A DNA stretch of 64,000 nucleotides. Source: Sedimentisphaerales bacterium (GTDB taxonomy: Bacteria; Planctomycetota; Phycisphaerae; Sedimentisphaerales; Anaerobacaceae). The notes below the pieces were generated by a model. That model was not told where the DNA came from. It searched no databases and was given only the letters and a program-made list of their open reading frames with translations. Within the stretch, counting starts at the first letter, position 1. Each line of letters opens with the position of its first letter. The stretch covers positions 832,001-896,000 of the forward strand of contig JAXGYC010000007.1 in NCBI GenBank assembly GCA_040772485.1, written 5' to 3'. Shown here piece by piece: positions 8,338 to 17,917 of the stretch. The translations under genes and the position numbers were made by a program.

Positions 8338-10317
8338 ATGACGCAAGAGCAAGCCATCAACTCCCTGATGACCGAGAATCGGACGTTTCCGCCGCCCGAG
8401 GCAGTCCGGAAGAACGCCTATGTCTCGAGCACGGAGCAATACACCCAGATGTGGGAAAGGTCGATCAAGGATCCGGACGGCTTCTGGCTGGAGCAGGCCC
8501 AGTCGCTGTCGTGGTTCAAGAAGCCGACCAAAAGCCTCGAATACACCTGGGATACCAAGAGCCGGAGAATCGAACACACCTGGTTCGCCGACGGGCAACT
8601 GAACGTCTCGTGCAACTGCCTCGACCGCCATCTCAACACGCCGACCGCCAAGAAGACGGCCCTGATCTGGCAGGGTGAGGTCGATTCGAACGTCCGGAAG
8701 TACACATACGAGCAATTGCACAAGGAAGTCTGCAAGTTCGCGAACGTCCTGAAGTCCAAAGGGATCAAGAGGGGCGATCGCGTGGCGATTTACATGCCCA
8801 TGGTCCCGGAGCTTCCGATTGCGATGCTCGCGTGCACGCGGATCGGGGCGATTCACTCGATCATTTTCGGTGGTTTCAGCGCCGACGCCCTCGAAGGACG
8901 CATCAACGACTCGGAGTGCCGGATGTTGGTCACCTCCAACGTGTCGTTGCGCGCCGGCAAGCACATCCCGCTGAAGAACATCGCCGACGAGGCCCTCAAG
9001 AGAACGCCGTCGATCGAATGCGTCATCGTGACCAAGGAAACGGACGATCCCTGCCACATGCAGCCGGGACGCGATTTGTGGTACCACGAGGAGATGGCCA
9101 AGGCCGGCGAACAGTGCGAGGCCGAGAAGATGAACGCCGAGGATCCGCTGTTCATCCTCTACACCTCCGGCTCCACCGGCAAGCCCAAGGGCGTGGTCCA
9201 CACGACCGCCGGCTACCTGCTGCACGTGGCTCTGAGTCACAAAGTCATTTTCGATGTCCATGACAAGGACGTTTACTGGTGCACAGCCGATATCGGCTGG
9301 GTGACCGGGCACAGCTACATCGTCTATGGTCCTCTGGCCAATGGGGCCACTTCGCTGATGTTCGAGGGTGTCCCGACCTATCCGGACGCGGGTCGATTCT
9401 GGCAGGTGTGCGACAAGTTCGGGGTCACCGTCTTTTACACGGCCCCGACGGCGATTCGCGCGCTGATGCGGCTGGGCGAGGAATGGCCCGCCAAGTACAA
9501 GCTCGACACCCTGCGCATCCTCGGCACGGTCGGTGAGCCGATCAACCCGGAGGCCTGGATGTGGTATTACGAACACATCGGTCACAAGAAGTGCCCCATC
9601 GTGGACACCTGGTGGCAAACCGAAACGGGCGGCATCCTGATCACGCCGCTGCCGGGCGCTTTCACGCTCAAGCCGGGCAGTGCGACCAAGCCGTTCTTCG
9701 GCGTGGACCCGGTCATCCTGCGGGATGACGCCACCGAGTGCGGGCCCAACGAGGGAGGCAAACTCTGCATCCGCAAGCCCTGGCCCGGGATGATGCGGAC
9801 TATGTGGGGCGACCACGACCGCTTCATCGACACCTACTTCACCATGTTCGCCGACCAGTACTTCACCGGCGACGGTTGCCGCGTCGATCCGGACGGGGAC
9901 TACTGGCTGATGGGCCGAATCGACGACGTCGTCAACGTCTCCGGGCACCGCATCGGCACCGCGGAGGTCGAGAGCGCCCTGGTCAGCCATGCGAAAGTCG
10001 CCGAAGCGGCCGTAACGCCAATGCCGCATGAGATCAAGGGACAGGCCCTGTACGCCTTCGTGACCCTCAAAGAGGGTATCCATGAGAGCGACGATCTGAA
10101 AAAGGAACTGGTCATGCACGTGCGCAAGGAGATCGGCCCGATCGCCGCACCGGACGTGATCCAGTTCGCCCCGGCGCTGCCGAAGACGCGTTCCGGCAAG
10201 ATCATGCGGCGCATCCTCCGCAAGATCGCTGAGAACAACACCGACAATCTTGGTGACATCACGACCCTGGCCGATCCGCACGTGGTGGAAGTCCTGGTCA
10301 AAGGCCGGGGAAAGTAA
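8338..10317 (+). CDS. acs: Acetyl-CoA synthetase (AMP-forming)
   Basis: [34 protein letters not shown] and [11 protein letters not shown] motifs; AAGGAG RBS. Confidence 0.97.
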   Translation: MTQEQAINSLMTENRTFPPPEAVRKNAYVSSTEQYTQMWERSIKDPDGFWLEQAQSLSWFKKPTKSLEYTWDTKSRRIEHTWFADGQLNVSCNCLDRHLNTPTAKKTALIWQGEVDSNVRKYTYEQLHKEVCKFANVLKSKGIKRGDRVAIYMPMVPELPIAMLACTRIGAIHSIIFGGFSADALEGRINDSECRMLVTSNVSLRAGKHIPLKNIADEALKRTPSIECVIVTKETDDPCHMQPGRDLWYHEEMAKAGEQCEAEKMNAEDPLFILYTSGSTGKPKGVVHTTAGYLLHVALSHKVIFDVHDKDVYWCTADIGWVTGHSYIVYGPLANGATSLMFEGVPTYPDAGRFWQVCDKFGVTVFYTAPTAIRALMRLGEEWPAKYKLDTLRILGTVGEPINPEAWMWYYEHIGHKKCPIVDTWWQTETGGILITPLPGAFTLKPGSATKPFFGVDPVILRDDATECGPNEGGKLCIRKPWPGMMRTMWGDHDRFIDTYFTMFADQYFTGDGCRVDPDGDYWLMGRIDDVVNVSGHRIGTAEVESALVSHAKVAEAAVTPMPHEIKGQALYAFVTLKEGIHESDDLKKELVMHVRKEIGPIAAPDVIQFAPALPKTRSGKIMRRILRKIAENNTDNLGDITTLADPHVVEVLVKGRGK

Positions 10318-10346
10318 GGATAGTCTCTTTTGCCTACCGCCCGAGA

Positions 10347-10382
10347 AACCGGACGTGCGCCTTCCTCGGCGCACGTCCGGTT
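10347..10382 (+). terminator. 15-bp perfect stem-loop after acs
   Basis: AACCGGACGTGCGCC-ttcctc-GGCGCACGTCCGGTT; U-tract is weak, so it may instead be a partial terminator or mRNA stabiliser. Confidence 0.55.
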
Positions 10383-10406
10383 CAGCTACCATGAAGGGGA
10401 CTGTGC

Positions 10407-11675
10407 ATGAGCGATGAACAAACCGCTACGTTACCCGAGATCAAGAACCACGGCTGGCGCGTGACATTTGCCGCGGTAGGTGTCAATCTCGCCCTGGGCA
10501 TCCTGTACACGTGGAGCGTTGTCAGCAAGGGTGTCCCGCCGGAATGGCAATGGAGCGAGACGGACAAGTCTCTGCCCTATATGTTTGCCTGCCTGATCTT
10601 CTCTCTGGTCATGGTGCCGGCCGGTCGCATGCAGGACCGAATCGGTCCCCGCGTGGTGGCCACCATCGGCGGCGTCCTGGTGGGCGCCGGCTTCCTGCTG
10701 GCCAGCGTGACGACCTCGCCCTTGGGCTATATCCTCGGATTCGGAGTTCTGGCGGGAACCGGCATCGGCTTCGGCTACGCTGCCGCGACGCCGCCGGCGG
10801 TGAAATGGTTCCCTCCCGCCAGGACCGGTCTGATTGCCGGCATCGTCGTCTCGGGGTTTGGCCTGGCCTCGGTATACGCCGCACCGTTGACCAAGACGCT
10901 CATCGACACATGGAACATCCAAACCGCTGTGATGGTCCTTGGCATCGCGTTTCTGGCAATCGTCACCATCCTGGCGCAGTTCCTCAAAGCGCCGCCGGCC
11001 GGCTACCTCCCGGCAGGAGCGCCGGCGCCCAAGGCTGCGGCCGCCGGCGACAGAAAAACAGACTTCGCGCCCAGAGAAATGCTCGGCACTGCGCAGTTCT
11101 ACCTGCTGTGGTTCATGTACGCCTGTGGCGCCGGCGCCGGGCTGATGGTCATCGGAAAACTCGCGATCATCGCGAAGGTCCAGGCCGGCATCGATCTCGG
11201 CTTCCTTCTCGTCGCCGTGCTGGCCATTGGGAATGGCGCCGGGCGAATCGTCGCCGGCACCCTGAGCGACAAGATCGGACGCCAGGCCACCTTGTTCATG
11301 TGCTTCGTGATGCAGGCGATTCTCGTGCTCGTGCTTTCACGGACCGTAGAGGGCGGCACGCTATCCCAAGCGCCGATTCTGGCGCTCGTCTCGGCCCTCA
11401 TCGGCGCCAACTACGGAGCCAATCTCTCGCTGTTCCCATCCGTCACGAAGGACTACTACGGCCTGAAGAACTTCGGCGTGAACTATGGGCTGGTCTTCAC
11501 CGCCTGGGGTGTGGGCGGGTTCATGCTCGCCTTTCTGGCCGGCAAACTGTATGACGTCTATCAGACGTTCAACTTCGCCTACTACGGGGCATCTGTCCTG
11601 CTGATTCTCGCCGCGATCGTGACGGTCTTCGTCAAAGCGCCGCATCACACGCACCGGATCGCAGAAGAAGCATAG
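10407..11675 (+). CDS. MFS transporter, oxalate:formate antiporter (OFA)-like
   Basis: About 12 TM segments; GRMQDRIGPR, KWFP, GTLSDKIGR and YYGLKNFGVNYG motifs. Confidence 0.85.
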   Translation: MSDEQTATLPEIKNHGWRVTFAAVGVNLALGILYTWSVVSKGVPPEWQWSETDKSLPYMFACLIFSLVMVPAGRMQDRIGPRVVATIGGVLVGAGFLLASVTTSPLGYILGFGVLAGTGIGFGYAAATPPAVKWFPPARTGLIAGIVVSGFGLASVYAAPLTKTLIDTWNIQTAVMVLGIAFLAIVTILAQFLKAPPAGYLPAGAPAPKAAAAGDRKTDFAPREMLGTAQFYLLWFMYACGAGAGLMVIGKLAIIAKVQAGIDLGFLLVAVLAIGNGAGRIVAGTLSDKIGRQATLFMCFVMQAILVLVLSRTVEGGTLSQAPILALVSALIGANYGANLSLFPSVTKDYYGLKNFGVNYGLVFTAWGVGGFMLAFLAGKLYDVYQTFNFAYYGASVLLILAAIVTVFVKAPHHTHRIAEEA

Positions 11676-11703
11676 GCACCTGGTGGCACACGGGGCAGCA
11701 CAG

Positions 11704-11733
11704 AAGGCCCGAGCCGTGACAGGCGCGGGCCTT
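11704..11733. terminator. Hairpin between convergent MFS and deacetylase genes
   Basis: AAGGCCCGaGCC-gtgaca-GGCgCGGGCCTT. Confidence 0.5.
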
Positions 11734-11752
11734 TGCCATTCCTGTCCACCTC

Positions 11753-12889
11753 TCACAGTCCGTGAATGGGGAAGACCTTTGCCTTGATCAGATCGATCGA
11801 GGCCATCAAGGCGGGCAGAACCGCCTGTTTCTGTTCTTCACTGACGGCCAGTTCGCGGTCGCGCAGGCCGCCCCGCCAATCGGTGCTCTCCATCATGACG
11901 CCGCCCATCAGAGGGCCAAGGTCCGGGCCATCGTCCTCCCCGGTGAAGACGGTCCAGGCCAGGGCCCAAGCACGGACGGAATTTTCCACGTTGTAGCCTC
12001 CACCACCAGTGGCGAGGATCGGCTTGCCGAAGTTCAACAGTTGCTTGATGATCTCCACGTAGGCGTTGTTGGTCAGATGCAGATGGGCCAGCGGATCGCC
12101 CGCCAGCGCATCGACACCCAGCTCGAACACGATCACATCCGGTCCGAAGGCGCCGATCAGAGGCAGCACCACAGACTCGAAGGCGTACAGATAGGCACGG
12201 TCGTAGGTTCCCACCGGCAACGGGAGATTGACGCAGTAGCCCTCGCCCTTGCCCTCTCCGATCTCGTCCTCGAAGCCCGTTCCCGGAAAGAGCATCTTGG
12301 GATTCTCGTGAACGGAGATGGTCATGACGTCCGAACGGCTGTAAAAGGCGTGGGCGACACCGTCGCCGTTGTGTACGTCCACGTCCAGATAGAGAACCTT
12401 CTTGCCCGCCTCCGCCAGAACCAAACAGGCAATCGCGTTGTCATTGATGTAGCAGAACCCCGCCGCCTTCTCGGGAAGGGCGTGGTGATAGCCCCCGGAT
12501 GGATTGAACGCGACATCCACTTGTCCCGAGAGAACCAGGTCCGCCCCCACGAGCGTCGCGCCCGTCGCGAGCACCGCGTAGTCGTACATGCCGCGGAAGA
12601 TGGGAACGTCGTCGGTGCCGATGCCCATGTGCAGCGCCTGGATGTCCCACTGTCCCTGGTCCGCTTTCTTCAGGGCATTCAGGTAGCGGGCCGAATGGAA
12701 GAGCTTCAGCACCGGTCGATCCGCCGGGAGGGGAGCCACTTCGCTGATCCCCTGCCCGGAGAGCAGTCCCATCGAGCAGAGGGTCTTGCGGAGCCTCCCG
12801 GCCCGTTCAGGTCGGAAGGGGCAGCCCTCCGGGTAGCGGTACTGCTCGATCTGGTCCGAGTGAATGAAAGCAGCTCTTCGTCCGGACAA
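11753..12889 (-). CDS. acuC: Zn-dependent histone deacetylase family protein (AcuC-like)
   Basis: GGYHHA, GFCYIND, DVDVHNGDG, FPGTG, DALAGDP and GGGGY motifs all intact; TTG start. Confidence 0.88.
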   Translation of the reverse strand: MSGRRAAFIHSDQIEQYRYPEGCPFRPERAGRLRKTLCSMGLLSGQGISEVAPLPADRPVLKLFHSARYLNALKKADQGQWDIQALHMGIGTDDVPIFRGMYDYAVLATGATLVGADLVLSGQVDVAFNPSGGYHHALPEKAAGFCYINDNAIACLVLAEAGKKVLYLDVDVHNGDGVAHAFYSRSDVMTISVHENPKMLFPGTGFEDEIGEGKGEGYCVNLPLPVGTYDRAYLYAFESVVLPLIGAFGPDVIVFELGVDALAGDPLAHLHLTNNAYVEIIKQLLNFGKPILATGGGGYNVENSVRAWALAWTVFTGEDDGPDLGPLMGGVMMESTDWRGGLRDRELAVSEEQKQAVLPALMASIDLIKAKVFPIHGL

Positions 12890-12897
12890 GGTCTTTC

Positions 12898-14769
12898 CTA
12901 CGAGTGTTCTTTGGTCAGGTCGTATGAGACGTTGTAGACGTCTCCATCAAATTCCACGTTGACTTTGTACCCGGAATTCTGGAAGACCGCCAGCATCGGT
13001 CGGTTGTCCGGCAGCACCTTCGCATAGAAGCGCTTGACGCCCCGCTGGCGGGCCACCTGCGTGATGTAATCCAGCAGGAACGTGCCCATGCCCTTCTGCT
13101 GCCACTCGTCCTGCACGAGGAAGGCCACCTCCGCCGCCAGGGTCTTCGGGTCGAGGTAGTACTGGGCGATCGCAACCATGTCGTCGCCCCCTACCCCAGG
13201 GACCATACCGACAATGGCGATGTCACTCTTGTAGTCGATGTTCGTCAATTGCTGGACGTCCTTGTGCGGGAAGGCCACCGTCCGCGTCATATAGCGCGTC
13301 CGAACCGACTGCTCGCTGAGCGAGTAGAGCATCTCGGACAACGCCGGTTCGTCGACCGGTTTGATCGGACGGAAGAAGATCTCCGTCCCATCCCGCAGGG
13401 TGGCGTAATGCTCCAGTTCTTCGGGGTAGTTGACCTGGTCCCACGACAGCTCGATCTGGTCCTGGTAGATGTAGTTCTTGGCCTTGGCGGCCTGGATCAG
13501 ACTCTTGCGGAACTTCGGATGGGCGATGTTGATCAGATCGAGCACGCGCTGCCGGATACTCTTGCCGTGCAGATACGCGATGCCGTACTCGGTCACGACG
13601 TAGTGGACATCGGCTCGCGTGGTCACCACGCCGGCGCCCTCCGTCAGGTGAGGCACGATGCGGGAGATCTGACCGTTCTTGGCCGTCGAGGGCATGGCAA
13701 TCACCGCCTTGCCCCCGCGGCTTCGCGCCGATCCGCGAATGAAGTCCACCTGGCCCCCGATGCCGCTGTAAAATTTGTGGCCCAGCGAATCGGCACAGAC
13801 CTGTCCGGTCAGATCGATCTCCAGACCGGTGTTGATCCCGACCATCTTGTCATGCTGGCTGATGACGTTGACGTCATTGACGTACTCGGTGGGATAGAAT
13901 TCAAAGAACGGATTGTTGTCGATGTAGTCGTAGAGTTTCTTGGAGCCCATGCAGAAGCTGGCGACAATCTTGCCGCGATTGAGCGACTTCTTCGCACAGG
14001 TGATCGCGCCACAGTCGATCAGGTCGATGATCCAGTCGCTGAACATCTCGGTGTGGACGCCGAGGTCCTTCTTGTAGACAAGATACTCGGCCAGGGCCTG
14101 GGGGATGCGTCCGATGCCGCACTCGATGGTGCTGCCGTCGTCGACGAGTTGGGCGACGTTCTGCCCGATCCGGCGGAGCGTCTCATCGGGCTCGTCGATC
14201 GGGATCTCGATGATCGGCTCATCGTACGGGACGAGCACGTCGATGGTGTTGACGTGCAGAAAGCTGTTGCCGTGCGTTCGCGGCATGTGGCTGTTGACCT
14301 GTGCGATGACGTAGCGGGCGTTCGCGGCGGCCGCCTGCACGATGTCCACGGAGACCCCGAGACTGCACAAGCCGTTGGCGTCGGGCGGCGCCACCGAGAT
14401 CAGCGCCACGTCGACGGGGATGCGTCCGCTTTCGAACTCGGCAGGAATCTCCGACAGAAAGATCGGCGTGTAGTCGCCGACCCCCCGATCCAGGGCATGC
14501 CGGACGTTGTCCGCGATGAAGAAGCTGTTCATCTTGAACTTCTCGCGGAACTTGTCGTCCACGTAAGGAGCCTCTCCCATCGTCAGCAGATGCACGATGT
14601 GCGCATCGTAGATGTGATCGGAGTACTCCACGAGGGAGCGAACCAGATGCTGCGGCTGCGCGCAGCCGGTTCCGATGAAGATGCTGTTGCCCGACTTGAT
14701 CAGCTTCATCGCCGCTGAAGCGGGCTTCACCTTCTCTTTGTACTTGGCTTGCCAATCGATTGCTTGCAT
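12898..14769 (-). CDS. Acetyl-CoA hydrolase/CoA-transferase fused to a C-terminal GNAT acetyltransferase
   Basis: CGIGRIP, GVHTEMFSD, SGIGGQVDF and VVTEYG (CoA-transferase); AEVAFLVQDEWQQKGMGT (Pat-type GNAT). Confidence 0.9.
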   Translation of the reverse strand: MQAIDWQAKYKEKVKPASAAMKLIKSGNSIFIGTGCAQPQHLVRSLVEYSDHIYDAHIVHLLTMGEAPYVDDKFREKFKMNSFFIADNVRHALDRGVGDYTPIFLSEIPAEFESGRIPVDVALISVAPPDANGLCSLGVSVDIVQAAAANARYVIAQVNSHMPRTHGNSFLHVNTIDVLVPYDEPIIEIPIDEPDETLRRIGQNVAQLVDDGSTIECGIGRIPQALAEYLVYKKDLGVHTEMFSDWIIDLIDCGAITCAKKSLNRGKIVASFCMGSKKLYDYIDNNPFFEFYPTEYVNDVNVISQHDKMVGINTGLEIDLTGQVCADSLGHKFYSGIGGQVDFIRGSARSRGGKAVIAMPSTAKNGQISRIVPHLTEGAGVVTTRADVHYVVTEYGIAYLHGKSIRQRVLDLINIAHPKFRKSLIQAAKAKNYIYQDQIELSWDQVNYPEELEHYATLRDGTEIFFRPIKPVDEPALSEMLYSLSEQSVRTRYMTRTVAFPHKDVQQLTNIDYKSDIAIVGMVPGVGGDDMVAIAQYYLDPKTLAAEVAFLVQDEWQQKGMGTFLLDYITQVARQRGVKRFYAKVLPDNRPMLAVFQNSGYKVNVEFDGDVYNVSYDLTKEHS

Positions 14770-14770
14770 G

Positions 14771-16870
14771 TCACTTCTCTACACTAATTCTGGCGTCTAC
14801 GGCAATGGGCGTGGTGCCCGGAAGGCCCACGACGTACGGATTGATGTCCATCTCCTGAATCTGAGGGAACTCCGTCACCAACTGGCTGAGCCGCTGGAGT
14901 CCCTCGGCAATCACTTCGATATCCACACCCTCCTGGCCTCGCACCCCTTTGAGGAGCTGATATGTCTTGGTGTTCACCAGCATCTGCTTCGCTTCGTCTT
15001 CCGTCAGAGGAGCCAGGTAGAATGCCACATCCTTGAGGACCTCGACCATGATCCCGCCCATGCCGAACATCATCAGCGGGCCGAAATGCGGATCGCGATG
15101 CATGCCGAGGATGACCTCCCGGCCGCTGGAACACATCTCCTGGACCAGCACACCAAGGATATGGGCCTTCGGCATCTTCTTCGGGATGCGGTACATCATC
15201 AGATCGAATGCGTCCTTGACCTCCTGGGCGCTCTTGAGTCCGACCTTGACCCCGCCGACGTCGGACTTGTGCACGATGTCGGGCGACCAGATCTTCAGCA
15301 CGACCGGATAGCCAAGCTGCTCGGCAATGTTGGCCGCCTGCTCGGGCGTCGTGGCGATCGAGCCGTTGGGCGTCGCAAAGCCATAGGCCTCCAGAATCTC
15401 CTTGGATTCCGCCTCGCCGATCTCCCGGGCGCCGTGCCGCAGATGTCTCTCGATGATGCTCTCAACCTTGCGACGGTTCACCGGGAACAGCCGCACGACG
15501 CGTTTCGGTCGGGCGCGCCATCGAACGTAGTCCGCCATCGCCTTGATCGTGGCCACGGCCGCTTCCGGGGAATCATACTGCGGAACCTTGGCCTCTCGGA
15601 ATACCTTGACGCCCTCCTCGACCTTGCTGGCGCCCATGAAGCACGCGAGAATCGGCTTGTCGGGCTTGCGTCGGGACATCCTGACGATGGCCTCGGCCGT
15701 CTCTTTGGCTTCGGTCATGGCCTGTGGCGTCAGAAGGATCAATACCGTCTCCACATTCGGATCGTCGAGGAGCACGTCCAGCGCAAACTCATAGCGGTCC
15801 GCCAATGCGTCGCCGAGTACATCCACGGGATTGTGGAAGTTCGCGGCGGGCGGCAGTTTGGTCTTCAGCTTCTCGATCGTCTCGGAACCGAGCTTGGCGA
15901 AGGTCAGCCCCTCTCGTTCGATCGCATCGGCCGCCATGATGCCGGCGCCGCCGGCATTCGTCAAAATCACCACGCTGGGGCCTTTGGGCAGCGGCTGATT
16001 GGCGAACGCCTGGGCAAAGTCGAATTGCTGCGTGATGGAGTCGCAGCGAATGACCCCGGCCCGCGTGAACATGGCCTCATAGGCCACCTCGCTGCCGGCC
16101 AGCGACCCGGTGTGCGACGACGCCGCCTTGGCGCCCGCTGCGGTCCCCCCGGACTTCATCAGGAGGATCGGCTTCTCATGGGAGATCTGCTCGGCGGCAT
16201 GGACGAACGCGTTTCCGTCCTTGATGTTCTCGAGATATCCGGCGATGACTGTGGTGTTGGGGTCCTCCGCCAGCGCTTCGACCAGATCCAACTCATCAAC
16301 GTCCGCTTTGTTGCCGATGCTGAACAGGCTGCTGAAGCCAATGCCGTTGGCCTTGGCGGTGTCGAGAATGGCCGCCAGCAGTGCGCCGGACTGGGACAGG
16401 TAACCGATCCCCCCGACCTCGGGCAGGTCCCCTCCGAAACTGGCGTTCAGCTTCGAAGCTGTCACGGTCACCCCCAAGCAGTTCGGTCCGATGATCCGAA
16501 TGCCCGCCCGACGCGCCACACGCACCACCTCGTCTTCGAGTTTCTTGCCTTCTTCCCCGATCTCTTTGAAGCCGGCCGTGATGATGATCACCGCCTTGGT
16601 CCCGATCTTGGCGCACTCTTCTATGACACCGAGCACGAACTTGGCCGGGACAATGACGATCACCAGTTCCGGCGTCTCGCCGATCGAGGTCAGGTCCGGA
16701 TAGCACTTGAGGCCTTCGACCGAATCCGTGCTCCGGTTGACGGGCCATATTTTCCCCGCGAAACCCGACGAGATCATGTTGATCAGAATCTCGTATCCGA
16801 CTTTGCCCTTCTGCCGTGAGGCCCCCACGATAGCGACGGATTTCGGAGAAAAGAAGCTTTTGAGACTCAT
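14771..16870 (-). CDS. Acetate-CoA ligase (ADP-forming), fused alpha/beta
   Basis: PKSVAIVGAS, IIGPNCLG, SQSGA, SSHTGSLAG, TNAGGAG, NPVDVLGDA, HKSDVGGV and EMDINP motifs; start taken at MSLKSFF. Confidence 0.9.
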   Translation of the reverse strand: MSLKSFFSPKSVAIVGASRQKGKVGYEILINMISSGFAGKIWPVNRSTDSVEGLKCYPDLTSIGETPELVIVIVPAKFVLGVIEECAKIGTKAVIIITAGFKEIGEEGKKLEDEVVRVARRAGIRIIGPNCLGVTVTASKLNASFGGDLPEVGGIGYLSQSGALLAAILDTAKANGIGFSSLFSIGNKADVDELDLVEALAEDPNTTVIAGYLENIKDGNAFVHAAEQISHEKPILLMKSGGTAAGAKAASSHTGSLAGSEVAYEAMFTRAGVIRCDSITQQFDFAQAFANQPLPKGPSVVILTNAGGAGIMAADAIEREGLTFAKLGSETIEKLKTKLPPAANFHNPVDVLGDALADRYEFALDVLLDDPNVETVLILLTPQAMTEAKETAEAIVRMSRRKPDKPILACFMGASKVEEGVKVFREAKVPQYDSPEAAVATIKAMADYVRWRARPKRVVRLFPVNRRKVESIIERHLRHGAREIGEAESKEILEAYGFATPNGSIATTPEQAANIAEQLGYPVVLKIWSPDIVHKSDVGGVKVGLKSAQEVKDAFDLMMYRIPKKMPKAHILGVLVQEMCSSGREVILGMHRDPHFGPLMMFGMGGIMVEVLKDVAFYLAPLTEDEAKQMLVNTKTYQLLKGVRGQEGVDIEVIAEGLQRLSQLVTEFPQIQEMDINPYVVGLPGTTPIAVDARISVEK

Positions 16871-17013
16871 CTGGTGGAATGTCCTTTCTTGAGCTACGTG
16901 GTTCCCTGCAAAAAGGATTGATTGTATGGCGTGCGCCCCCTGTCTGCAACAGTTTTCCAACGAACGAGCACGGAAAACTGCCAACCGGGTTCGATTCTCT
17001 GCTGTCGGCGAAT

Positions 17014-17913
17014 CTACTTCCGAAAGGCAGGCAAATCGGGCTCGATGTGGACCGTGAGATTGACCGGGCAGGCCATCTCCCGATCCAGGGTTTCTTCCAG
17101 TCTCTCGGAGATCTCGTGCGCCTCGGCCACGTTCAACTCCGGGTCGACCAGGATATGGACATCGAGAAACAGCTCCCGCCCCACCGTGCGACTGCGCAGC
17201 CGGTGCCACTGGCGGACCCCGTGATGGCCGTCGATCACCTTCATGACCTGCTCGACCGTCTGCGGATCGACTGCCCCTTCCGTCAGTTCCCGCAGCGAGT
17301 CTCCGATGATCTTGACGCCCACAAGAATGATCATCAGTCCGACCGCAATGGCCGCCACCTGATCGCCGTGATCGAATCCGACGTACAACGCCGCGTAGCC
17401 GATCAGCACGGCAACTGAACTGAGCGCATCGCTGCGATGATGCCAGGCGTTGGCATAAAGTGCTGTGCTGTGGGATCTTACAGCAACACGTCTCGTGGCC
17501 TGATAGAGGACCTCTTTCGCCAGGATCGACAGCACCGCCACGGCCAGAACGGGCCAGTGAGGCACTACCGCCTCATTCCTGGTGATCGCCAGCGTGGCAT
17601 AGTAGATCATCGTCCCGCCGACGAGGATCAGCACGACCGCAACGAGAACGGCGGAGAACGTCTCCAGCCGGCCGTGTCCATATGGGTGCGTCTTGTCCGG
17701 CTTCCTGGCCCCCAGATACAGGCCGAGCAGAACCGCCAGATCGGTCACCAGATCGCTGAGCGAATGAATCCCGTCGGCAACCATCGCCAGAGAGGAAAAG
17801 ACCAGCCCGACCGCGACCTTGACGACCGAGAGGGCAACGTTCACCGCCATGCCCAGATAGGTAATCCACCGAATCTGCCGGACAGCCGCATCGTTCTTGT
17901 CGTTGACTGCCAC
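17014..17913 (-). CDS. Cation diffusion facilitator family transporter (FieF-like)
   Basis: ADGIHSLSD, HPYGHGRLE, NAWHHRSD and VHIEP motifs; GTG start inferred just after the glmM stop. Confidence 0.9.
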   Translation of the reverse strand: MAVNDKNDAAVRQIRWITYLGMAVNVALSVVKVAVGLVFSSLAMVADGIHSLSDLVTDLAVLLGLYLGARKPDKTHPYGHGRLETFSAVLVAVVLILVGGTMIYYATLAITRNEAVVPHWPVLAVAVLSILAKEVLYQATRRVAVRSHSTALYANAWHHRSDALSSVAVLIGYAALYVGFDHGDQVAAIAVGLMIILVGVKIIGDSLRELTEGAVDPQTVEQVMKVIDGHHGVRQWHRLRSRTVGRELFLDVHILVDPELNVAEAHEISERLEETLDREMACPVNLTVHIEPDLPAFRK

Positions 17914-17917
17914 CGGT

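Noticed and set aside
14767..14773. Possible frameshift or readthrough fusing the ligase to the CoA-transferase-GNAT into one Pat-like polypeptide
   Set aside because: Both ORFs have complete natural termini and there is no slippery sequence; TGA-c-ATG is ordinary translational coupling
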